A stretch of DNA of 24,000 bases from Campylobacter phage PC10: the sequence record MZ047271.2, one strand, 5' to 3'. How positions within the stretch are numbered: the stretch's first letter is position 1; the number at the start of each line of letters is the position of its first letter. Positions 16,985-24,000 of this stretch are shown here, in pieces. A program made the position numbers and the translations under genes. The notes below the pieces were generated by a model, which saw only the letters and a list, made by a program, of their open reading frames with translations, was not told the DNA's origin and made no database searches.

Positions 16985-17040
16985 ATTTAAACCTTATTTT
17001 ATTAGTTCAAAAAGCAAAACCACCTATGCCACTAAATAAA

Positions 17041-17328
17041 TCAAGATGGTTTATTTTCATTTAATAATTCCGCATTTTCGTGGATATTGCCCACAATTTC
17101 TAGTTCTTCTAAACAAAATTCACTTAGTAAATCTTCATCCCATTCTTCACCATCATCACCACATTCAACTAAATAGAAAGCTCCTTCTTTAAAAACAACT
17201 TTATATTTAAAAGCTTCATCTTCAGAACAACCTTCAAAAGAATATAAAATATCTCCTTCATAAATCTTATTTCCTTTTTTATCGTAAAATCCTGTAAATA
17301 GTTCTATTTCAACTCTATCGCTTGGCAT
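17041..17328 (-). CDS. YopX-like phage protein
   Basis: FTGFYDKKGNKIYEGDILYS...VVFKEGAFYL. Confidence 0.75.
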   Translation of the reverse strand: MPSDRVEIELFTGFYDKKGNKIYEGDILYSFEGCSEDEAFKYKVVFKEGAFYLVECGDDGEEWDEDLLSEFCLEELEIVGNIHENAELLNENKPS

Positions 17329-17380
17329 TTGAATTTCATCTTTAAAAGTTTCATTGTCTCCATATTCGCTTAAATCTATA

Positions 17381-18111
17381 TCAACTTGCTTTCAAAATCT
17401 CTTTTAAAATGGCTATTTGCCCTTTACCTGTTATTTTTGTCGTGCTTACAAGTCTATCGCCGTTGATGGTGCTAACAGTCGTTTCACTTACCTTAAAAAG
17501 TCCTTGTTCGATGTATTTTTGATAAGGTTTATTATCACTCATTAAAAATCCTTTTTCACGCAAGATCTTAAAAAGTCTTTTCTCGCCAATTTCAATTTTA
17601 TTTTTTTCATAAAGTATTTTTGCGAAATCTCTTATTAAAATAGCATCATTAGTATCTTTTATACGATTTGCAAAGTGAATAAGTGGTGCGTTTTCTTTGG
17701 CTTCATTTTTTAAATTTACATTTTCAATTTGAAGCTTTTCATTTCTCTCTAAAAGTTCTAATTGCATTTGCAAACTTTCTTTTAATGAAAGCGGTTTATA
17801 ACTTTGTTTTTTAAGCTCATTTTCTAAGTATTCTAATCTATCGATTATCTTTGCTCTTAGCTCAACACTATATCCACTCACTAAAATCAATACTTCTCTT
17901 TTTGGTAAGCGGTAACACTTGTAAGATTGCTTATTTTGTGTGTTTTGGTAGGTGTCTTCAAATTTGAAGACACCCCTTCAACCACTTTTTCTAAGTAAGT
18001 TTCTATATCTCTTATAACATTAAAATGCTCCTTGCCTGTAAGCTCTGCTATCTCTAAAGAAGTTAAGCTTATTTCTTTGTTTTCATCTTTTTTAAAAAGT
18101 TCTAAATTCAT
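17381..18111 (-). pseudogene. Rha/KilAC phage antirepressor disrupted by a 1-nt frameshift
   Basis: N-terminal Rha-like SLTSLEIAELTGKEHFNVIRDIE (17887-18111) and C-terminal KilAC-like (17381-17890) are joined by the other frame: [35 protein letters not shown]. Confidence 0.75.
17951..17974. repeat. 24-bp perfect palindrome GGTGTCTTCAAATTTGAAGACACC
   Basis: Directly readable; located at the frameshift junction. Confidence 0.9.
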
Positions 18112-18130
18112 TTATTCTCCTTAAAATTTT

Positions 18131-18244
18131 TTAGTGTTTAAATGAAGACTTAAGAGCCATCTTAAAAGATGGCTTAATTTAAGAAGAAATAAATAAATTT
18201 GAGGACTTTAAAAGAATTCTCATTAGTCCTCATTTAAACACTAA
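18131..18244 (-). promoter_or_regulatory. structured leader with competing pairings upstream of antirepressor (C4/attenuator-like)
   Basis: TTAGTGTTTAAATGAAGACT (18131-18150) vs AGTCCTCATTTAAACACTAA (18225-18244), 19/20 complementary; TGAGGACT (18200-18207) also pairs with AGTCCTCA (18225-18232); AGCCATCTTAAAAGATGGCT hairpin (18155-18174). Confidence 0.55.
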
Positions 18245-18364
18245 CCAAAACATAGGACCTGCATTCAAAGTCTAAAAGACTTTTGGTATTTTGGTAAATT
18301 AACAAAGCTTTAAAAAAGCCCACTTTCCACACCGTCGCCTGTGAGTGCAATGAATATAAGAACA

Positions 18365-18386
18365 CACTAGCCATAAAAGGCTAGTG
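18365..18386. repeat. hairpin CACTAGCC-ATAAAA-GGCTAGTG
   Basis: Perfect 8-bp inverted repeat. Confidence 0.75.
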
Positions 18387-18467
18387 AAGCAATCTAAAAA
18401 ATATCAAACCTTTAAAGTTCGCAATTGTAGGCGTTTATCCACTTAACGCAACTTTTGCAAAAACCCT

Positions 18468-18533
18468 TTAAGCACACTTTTTGCTATCACTTTAAAAAAT
18501 GCGATTTTAAAGTGCTTAGATAAATGTGCTTAA
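18468..18533. repeat. nested inverted repeats
   Basis: Outer TTAAGCACA/TGTGCTTAA (18468-18476, 18525-18533); inner CACTTTAAAA/TTTTAAAGTG (18488-18497, 18505-18514). Confidence 0.75.
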
Positions 18534-18541
18534 TGAGGCTT

Positions 18542-18826
18542 TTAAGCCGCCTCGATCTCTTCTAATAAAGCTTTAATTTCTTTCATAGATTTTTCATAGG
18601 CTTGCTTACGGATTTCGTTCTTTTTATACTCGCTTTTTAGCTTTTCTATGCGTTTTATTAGTCTTTCATCCTCTCTTAAACCCAGTTTTAAAAGGGCTAT
18701 TTCAACCTTTGCATTTGTAAGATTATTTGAAAGCCAACTATTTAAGACATTGTGAGCTAAATTTAGTTTTAACCCTGCTTCTGTTATGCTACTAACACCT
18801 AATTTTTGCTTTATAGCTTGTTTCAT
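18542..18826 (-). CDS. hypothetical/regulatory protein
   Basis: 94-aa ORF with HTH-like N-terminus (LGVSSITEAGLKLNLAHNVLNSWL) and coiled-coil tail. Confidence 0.5.
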   Translation of the reverse strand: MKQAIKQKLGVSSITEAGLKLNLAHNVLNSWLSNNLTNAKVEIALLKLGLREDERLIKRIEKLKSEYKKNEIRKQAYEKSMKEIKALLEEIEAA

Positions 18827-19026
18827 TTTGAAACCTTTATGCTGATAATCGTTTTTTCAAAAAGTCCATCACTCACAGCTTCTATGCTTATCTCATCATT
18901 TGTATGTAAAAAATTAAGTCCTTTTTCAAAAACCTCATCACTAAAATTAAAACACTTTCTAAGCTCTTCCTTTTCTTCAGTTTTTCTAAAACTTAAAACA
19001 TCTAAAATTGATTTTGCTTCTTGCAT
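18823..19026 (-). CDS. small hypothetical early protein
   Basis: First gene after the early minus-strand promoter. Confidence 0.5.
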   Translation of the reverse strand: MQEAKSILDVLSFRKTEEKEELRKCFNFSDEVFEKGLNFLHTNDEISIEAVSDGLFEKTIISIKVSK

Positions 19027-19119
19027 CTTTACTCCTAAAAACTTTCTAAGTTAAAACTTGGCATACTTTATGCTTTGATTAAATAATTATTTTATTTTGT
19101 AAAATTAATTATGTGTAGA

Positions 19120-19148
19120 ATTATAATTCATTTTGAATTATTTGTCAA
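19120..19148 (-). promoter_or_regulatory. early (PR-like) promoter
   Basis: Minus strand TTGACA (19148-19143), 17 nt, TATAAT (19125-19120); overlaps AAGTCAA/TTGACTT operator-like arms. Confidence 0.8.
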
Positions 19149-19230
19149 GTCAAAATACAAAAATTGACTTAAAAATTCTTATAAATTAATTCAATTTAAT
19201 TTAATTTATAAAGTCAAATTATATTTTAAG

Positions 19231-19623
19231 GTGTTAATTATGAATTATGAAGAAATTATTAAAATATTGAAAAAAATTGCTAATGTAGATACTATAAAAG
19301 AACTAAGCGATGTGCTTAATATAAATTACGCTACTTTTAATACTTGGGCTACAAGGGGAGAAATTCCATTCAAAAGAATTAAAGAATTTTCAGAAAAATT
19401 AGGCGTCAATATCGATACTATAATTAACGGAAATATTAATACAAAAGGAAATGAAAATGTCATAGTGCAAGGAAAAAACAATGTTGTAAATTTTCAAAAA
19501 AACAGTAAATATAATGATAAATTTCAAGAATTTTTAGCCTTGTATGAAAAATATGGCAACGAAGCCTTACTAGATCAATTTATCAATAAATTAGAAAATT
19601 TAAAAAAAATAATAGAGGAGTAA
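19231..19623 (+). CDS. CI-like HTH repressor / operon regulator
   Basis: TIKELSDVLNINYATFNTWATRGEIPFKRIKEFSEKLGVNIDTII HTH domain, divergent from early genes. Confidence 0.75.
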   Translation: MLIMNYEEIIKILKKIANVDTIKELSDVLNINYATFNTWATRGEIPFKRIKEFSEKLGVNIDTIINGNINTKGNENVIVQGKNNVVNFQKNSKYNDKFQEFLALYEKYGNEALLDQFINKLENLKKIIEE

Positions 19624-19626
19624 AAA

Positions 19627-19944
19627 ATGGAAATTATAAATACTTTGATCAAATTTTTTAATTCGTTTGGCGTTTTTGTTTTACTAGGAATCGCAATAAT
19701 CGTTTTATGGATTTTATCCATAAGAGAAAAAAATAGAAAAGAAAGAGAGGTGTACGAAGCCATAAGACGCGAAGAAGTTTCTAGGATAAGTGATGGCGTA
19801 GCCAGTGGAATAGTAAGAATTTTTAATGATAAGAGTTTTATACAAGCTCTAAATAATGGAGTTTCCATAGAAGTTAAAATTAATGTTGATGGAAGCCAAA
19901 ATATCATTATTAACGGCAATGGCAATCAAATCCAAAGAGTGTGA
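19627..19944 (+). CDS. small membrane protein with C-terminal NGNGNQ-type beta motif
   Basis: TM segment VFVLLGIAIIVLWIL; C-term EVKINVDGSQNIIINGNGNQIQ. Confidence 0.65.
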   Translation: MEIINTLIKFFNSFGVFVLLGIAIIVLWILSIREKNRKEREVYEAIRREEVSRISDGVASGIVRIFNDKSFIQALNNGVSIEVKINVDGSQNIIINGNGNQIQRV

Positions 19945-19945
19945 A

Positions 19946-20926
19946 ATGGAAAATTATGACATTGATATCTATGGAAATCCTATTAAAGTTAAAAAGCCAA
20001 GTAGAGAGTTTAAAGGGCAAAGTTTAATCTATTTCCCAAAATCTTATGTAGTTATTGATTTGGAAACTACAGGATTTGATCCAAAATGTAATGAAATTTT
20101 AGAAATTGTTGCCTTGCGTTATGAAAACAATGAAAAAATAGCTGAGTTTTCAAAACTTATCAAAGTTTCTTTTTTACCTAGTTTTATCACAGAATTTACA
20201 GGCATTAATGAAGACATGATTAAAAATTGCAATGATATATCTCAAACATTAAAAGAATTTGATGATTTTTTAAAAAGTGGTGATATTTTAGTCGCTCACA
20301 ATGCACATTTTGACATTAATTTTTTATATGATAATTTTATGTGCTATTTAAACAAGCCCTTTAGCTTTGATTTTGTTGATACTATGCGCTTATCAAAACT
20401 TATTAATCAAGAGTTAGCACATCATCGCTTAAAAGATTTGTGTAATCAATACAACATTTGTTATGAAAATGCTCATCGTGGGGAGAAAGACTGCGAATTA
20501 ACACATTTGTGTCTTATGGAGTTAAAAAAGACAGCTTTTGATAACTCACTTATCGAAAATGATGTTCTTGTTAATAATGGATTGAAAACACAAATTAGGC
20601 AAACCCAAACTAAAGCTAAAGATATACAAGCTAAAATACAAGAATTTGATATTTCACATCCACTTTATAATCAAAATTGTGTAATCACTGGTATACTTGG
20701 GCGATTTACAAGATCACAAGCGATGCAAATCATTGCGGATTTAGGTGGTATAAATCAAGATAGCGTTACTAAAAAAACCAATATATTAATTCTTGGAGAT
20801 AATGATTATCGTGCTATGATAAAAGGCGGAATTAGCAATAAGCTAAAACGAGCTAGAGAATTGATTTTAAAAGGACAAGATTTAAAAATCATTAGCGAAA
20901 ATGTCTTCTATGATATGATTTTTTAA
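19946..20926 (+). CDS. DnaQ-like 3'-5' exonuclease (DEDDh) with C-terminal BRCT domain
   Basis: VVIDLETTGFDP, VAHNAHFDINFL, HRGEKDCELT; BRCT-like CVITGILGRFTRSQAMQIIADLGG...TNILILGD. Start MENYDIDI at 19946 follows the previous stop. Confidence 0.85.
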   Translation: MENYDIDIYGNPIKVKKPSREFKGQSLIYFPKSYVVIDLETTGFDPKCNEILEIVALRYENNEKIAEFSKLIKVSFLPSFITEFTGINEDMIKNCNDISQTLKEFDDFLKSGDILVAHNAHFDINFLYDNFMCYLNKPFSFDFVDTMRLSKLINQELAHHRLKDLCNQYNICYENAHRGEKDCELTHLCLMELKKTAFDNSLIENDVLVNNGLKTQIRQTQTKAKDIQAKIQEFDISHPLYNQNCVITGILGRFTRSQAMQIIADLGGINQDSVTKKTNILILGDNDYRAMIKGGISNKLKRARELILKGQDLKIISENVFYDMIF

Positions 20927-20935
20927 GGAGATAAA

Positions 20936-21556
20936 ATGCAGTTAAGTTTATTTGATGAAAATAATTTAAAAGATTTAGGAATTCAAAGCATTAAAGCATA
21001 TGAAGAAAAAAATGAGAAAAAGCTAAAAGATTTAATTTTTAAAATCAATTGTGTGTTAAATTTAGACAGTCAAAAAGATTTAGTTTTACAAATTCGTAGT
21101 ATTTACATAGAAATTTATAAAAACTTTTTAAAAGATGAAGAAATAAAAAACCTTACTTTAGGTTTTGTCATTAAACTGAGTTTAATCTATGATAAAAGTG
21201 TGCTTGAAGAATTGAAAAAAATAAATATTTCTAATAATTTCTTACAGGATGTTTTAAAAATGGATTTACAAAATTTCAGCAAAGAAATAAAGCTTTTTGT
21301 AAAAGAAAATTTAAAAAATCAAATTTCTGAAAAACACATAGAAATCAAGCAACTTAAAATTTTTGATCTTTATAAAAAAATAGCTACTTATATTTATATT
21401 AAAAAATTTAAAAGATATGGGCTTTTATCTTATATTCAAAAAAATACGCAAGATGATAAGTTAAAAAACCAAACTTATGATCTAATGAATGCTTTTCGTT
21501 TTTATTTAAATGATTTTTTTGAAAATTTTGATATGAGTAGGGGTCTTAAGGAGTAA
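20936..21556 (+). CDS. uncharacterised alpha-helical protein with N-terminal beta-clamp-like motif
   Basis: 206 aa; starts MQLSLFDENN; helical; between exonuclease and NTPase. Confidence 0.65.
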   Translation: MQLSLFDENNLKDLGIQSIKAYEEKNEKKLKDLIFKINCVLNLDSQKDLVLQIRSIYIEIYKNFLKDEEIKNLTLGFVIKLSLIYDKSVLEELKKINISNNFLQDVLKMDLQNFSKEIKLFVKENLKNQISEKHIEIKQLKIFDLYKKIATYIYIKKFKRYGLLSYIQKNTQDDKLKNQTYDLMNAFRFYLNDFFENFDMSRGLKE

Positions 21557-21557
21557 A

Positions 21558-23336
21558 ATGTATATCACAATTGATAAAATTGCAGAGTTTTTAACTAGCA
21601 AATCTAGAGTATGTCTAACCATAAATGGACATTGGGGTATAGGTAAAACTCATCTATGGAAACAAGTTGAAGAAAAAATAAATGCAGATAAAAAAGTTGT
21701 TTATATCGATCTTTTTGGCAAAGAAAGCTATAAGCAAATATTAGAAGAAATAGTTTTTAAAATACATCAGAACTATAATAAAACAGTAAATGTTACTTCA
21801 CGGATTATATCTAAAACTATAAACATTAAATCCGCTGGAATAATTAACATTAATCCTGATGCTATTTTTTCCTTTTTAAAAAAGGAAGACTTTAATAATA
21901 TTATTGTGTGTTTTGATAACATAGAAAGAAGATCTGACAATCTTTCTTTGAAAGAAATTTTGGGACTTGTAAATTTACTCAAAGAAGACAAAGAATGTAG
22001 TGTTGTTCTTATTTTGAATAAAAATGAGTTAAATAAACAAGAAGACAATGCTAAAAATAATATGCAAACATCAAGCAACGATAAAACTCAGCATGATGCC
22101 AAACAAAACAATAATGACTGGTATCAAGAATACAAAGAAAAAGTTATTGATTATAAAGTGTGTTTAAAAGATAATGATGAGATTGCAAAAGCTTTAATTG
22201 AAGAAGCATTTATGCAAGATGAGAAATTGATACGAGATAATGGTTTAAAAAGTAATTTAGTTGATATTGTTTTAAAGCACTATCAAGATATTTGCGATAG
22301 CAATCTAAGATTGTTATTGAAAATATTAGAACATATAAAATATTTTAATGAAAGATGTTTTCAATCACATTATGATAAAACAATTAAAGAAGAATTTATA
22401 ATAGTGATACATGAACATTACCTTGCAATTTTCAATGCCGTAAAAGACTTTTATATACAACGAAAAGAAAAAAGAAATCTGAGTAATATGTATATATACG
22501 ATATTGTCACAAGGTATTTAAATAATTTTTTTATTATAAATGATAATGATGAAAAAAAATTAAATGATATAATTATTCGACAATTATCATCTAAATTATT
22601 GTTAACATTTGAAAAAACTTATACCACCTATTTTGATGAAGGCGGTAGCGATGCCGATTTTAAAAATAAAATAGAAAACATATTGCAAATTCGTGATAAT
22701 AAACTAGAAGTTTTTGCAAAAGATTTAAATTCTGAAAAATTTTTAAAAACAATATATTGGTTTAAACAAATAATAAAATCAGATCAAGAAGTAAGTGAGG
22801 AATACAAAAAAGGATATTTTGAAAAAATAGACAAGATTATCCAAATTTTAATTAAAGAGCAATATCCTTATTATAGTAAAAGAATAAAGCTGCTAATTGC
22901 TTTTAGTAAACAATGCAAAAAAATTTATAGTGAAATTACAAAAAAACACAATAATGAAGACAAATTAAAAATCTTTAAGTATAATATAAAAGAATATCCT
23001 CACATATTCCATTTTGTCAATATAGATAAGTTTAATCAATATGAAATAAAATCTATTAAAGATGCTTTTTATAATGATAAATATTTTCTCAAAAATTTTA
23101 TAGATTTTTTTAGACTTGTGCCGAAAAAAAATCCTATTCCAAAAGGTGATCATAATCTTAATAGATATACTGATACCGATAGCAAAGAGTATGAAAAAAT
23201 TTTCAAAAAGAATAATTTATTTTTAGCTTTTATAGAATATATAAATGAAAATAAATACAAAAAACAAATATTTATCAAAGATCGAAGAGTTAATAACGAT
23301 AAGTCCAATATCTTATCAAAACTATTTTATCTATAA
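21558..23336 (+). CDS. KAP-family-like P-loop NTPase
   Basis: Walker A NGHWGIGKTHLW, Walker B NNIIVCFDNIERRSDN, SVVLILNKNEL sensor-like strand. Confidence 0.8.
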   Translation: MYITIDKIAEFLTSKSRVCLTINGHWGIGKTHLWKQVEEKINADKKVVYIDLFGKESYKQILEEIVFKIHQNYNKTVNVTSRIISKTINIKSAGIININPDAIFSFLKKEDFNNIIVCFDNIERRSDNLSLKEILGLVNLLKEDKECSVVLILNKNELNKQEDNAKNNMQTSSNDKTQHDAKQNNNDWYQEYKEKVIDYKVCLKDNDEIAKALIEEAFMQDEKLIRDNGLKSNLVDIVLKHYQDICDSNLRLLLKILEHIKYFNERCFQSHYDKTIKEEFIIVIHEHYLAIFNAVKDFYIQRKEKRNLSNMYIYDIVTRYLNNFFIINDNDEKKLNDIIIRQLSSKLLLTFEKTYTTYFDEGGSDADFKNKIENILQIRDNKLEVFAKDLNSEKFLKTIYWFKQIIKSDQEVSEEYKKGYFEKIDKIIQILIKEQYPYYSKRIKLLIAFSKQCKKIYSEITKKHNNEDKLKIFKYNIKEYPHIFHFVNIDKFNQYEIKSIKDAFYNDKYFLKNFIDFFRLVPKKNPIPKGDHNLNRYTDTDSKEYEKIFKKNNLFLAFIEYINENKYKKQIFIKDRRVNNDKSNILSKLFYL

Positions 23337-23353
23337 GATTAATAATTTTAACA

Positions 23354-23394
23354 AATAACATCTTCGCCCGCATTTACGAGCAAAGATGTGTTAT
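23354..23394. terminator. possible bidirectional terminator hairpin between convergent operons
   Basis: AATAACATCTT ... AAGATGTGTTATT imperfect inverted repeat. Confidence 0.4.
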
Positions 23395-23711
23395 TCATCA
23401 TTCAACTCCTTAATCTTTCTAATCTGTATCTCACACTGTTTGTATTTGTAAAAAAGCATAGAATAAGCATTTAAAATATCTAGTTCATTTTTTGCTATTG
23501 GCTTTTCAAGAGGACTTAATGTTAGTAGTTCTTGCGGAATTCTTACTTTTTGAATTTCTATTTTGGTTACTACTTGTTGAGTTTGCATCCCACAACCTAT
23601 CAACGACATCGTTAAAAAGCTTGGTAATATTATTTTCATTGCTTTTATAAATATATTCTTTAACATATTGCACCCTTTCTTGTACTTGATTTTTTTGATT
23701 GTTTGCTTCAT
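23391..23711 (-). CDS. Rz1-like outer-membrane spanin lipoprotein
   Basis: Lipobox-like SFLTMSLIGCG; overlaps the upstream coiled-coil gene in another frame. True start probably MLKNIF or later. Confidence 0.65.
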   Translation of the reverse strand: MKQTIKKIKYKKGCNMLKNIFIKAMKIILPSFLTMSLIGCGMQTQQVVTKIEIQKVRIPQELLTLSPLEKPIAKNELDILNAYSMLFYKYKQCEIQIRKIKELNDE

Positions 23712-23925
23712 TTAAAGCCTTTAATTCTGTTTTATGAATTTGATTTAATTCTTTTAATTTTTCTTGATTATTTTCATTTATTTTTAAAGCCAAAGCTAAA
23801 TCACTTTGACTTTTTTCTAATTTGGCCTTTGTGCTATCAAGTCTTAGATAAAAATATCCTGTTAAGATTGCCATTAAAGCTAAGGCTATATAAAGCTTTG
23901 CATTTCCAAATAAAAGATTTATCAT
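23506..23925 (-). CDS. Rz-like inner-membrane spanin
   Basis: N-terminal TM (LYIALALMAILTGYFYL) plus long coiled coil. Confidence 0.65.
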   Translation of the reverse strand: MINLLFGNAKLYIALALMAILTGYFYLRLDSTKAKLEKSQSDLALALKINENNQEKLKELNQIHKTELKALNEANNQKNQVQERVQYVKEYIYKSNENNITKLFNDVVDRLWDANSTSSNQNRNSKSKNSARTTNIKSS

Positions 23926-23936
23926 ATTTTGTTTAG

Positions 23937-23977
23937 AAGTTTAAGTGTGGGGTGTAAACTTTAACCTACTTAAACTT
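23937..23977. repeat. inverted repeat AAGTTTAAGT/ACTTAAACTT
   Basis: Perfect 10-bp arms at 23937-23946 and 23968-23977. Confidence 0.65.
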
Positions 23978-24000
23978 TATCTCCTTTCATGCTAACTCAT

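Noticed and set aside
15812-17039. Plus-strand ORFs 15812-16033 and 16800-17039
   Set aside because: Antisense to early minus-strand genes, F/I-rich reverse-complement composition.
18806-19054. Plus-strand ORF over early genes
   Set aside because: Antisense to 18823-19026 with no start signals.
19575-23153. Minus-strand ORFs 19575-19925, 21773-22078 and 22965-23153
   Set aside because: Antisense to the confident plus-strand operon.
6548-23380. Shared 10-mer CATTTACGAG at 6548-6557 region and 23371-23380
   Set aside because: Short match in AT-rich DNA without further flanking similarity; probably chance.
23703-23936. Plus-strand ORF over the spanin gene
   Set aside because: Antisense to a coiled-coil CDS.
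1-24000. CRISPR array, tRNA/rRNA genes, IS elements or retron-like reverse transcriptase
   Set aside because: No regularly spaced long repeats, tRNA cloverleaf, transposase or RT motifs seen by eye.

Overview
AT-rich, Campylobacter-like prophage segment. Most genes lie on the minus strand. The late block, right to left, is HNH endonuclease, small terminase, large terminase, PemK/MazF-like toxin, portal, HK97gp10-like neck protein, tail completion protein, tail tube, tail chaperones and tape measure. No capsid or protease gene lies between portal and neck. A plus-strand tyrosine integrase sits inside the element. Early minus-strand genes include an excisionase-like protein, a DNA methyltransferase, a Rep-like protein, zinc-ribbon and YopX-like proteins, and a frameshifted Rha/KilAC antirepressor. 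The immunity region switches to a plus-strand operon (19231-23336): HTH protein, small membrane protein, DnaQ-like exonuclease with a BRCT domain, helical protein starting with a beta-clamp-like motif (MQLSLFD), and a KAP-like P-loop NTPase. This is my main candidate for an undescribed prophage-borne defence or exclusion system. Other strong observations are: (1) a textbook -1 frameshift signal (CCCAAAG plus stem-loop) in the tail chaperone; (2) three late-promoter-like sites with a 10-bp-periodic ACGC direct repeat exactly 12 nt before TAAAAT; (3) a structured region upstream of the antirepressor with competing pairings, similar in layout to C4-type immunity RNA; (4) a PemK/MazF-like toxin without a protein antitoxin, convergent with a candidate small RNA; (5) a 26-aa hydrophobic peptide gene with a consensus promoter and a possible antisense promoter; (6) a candidate cos region between HNH and small terminase. 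All calls come from reading the sequence; no searches were run.
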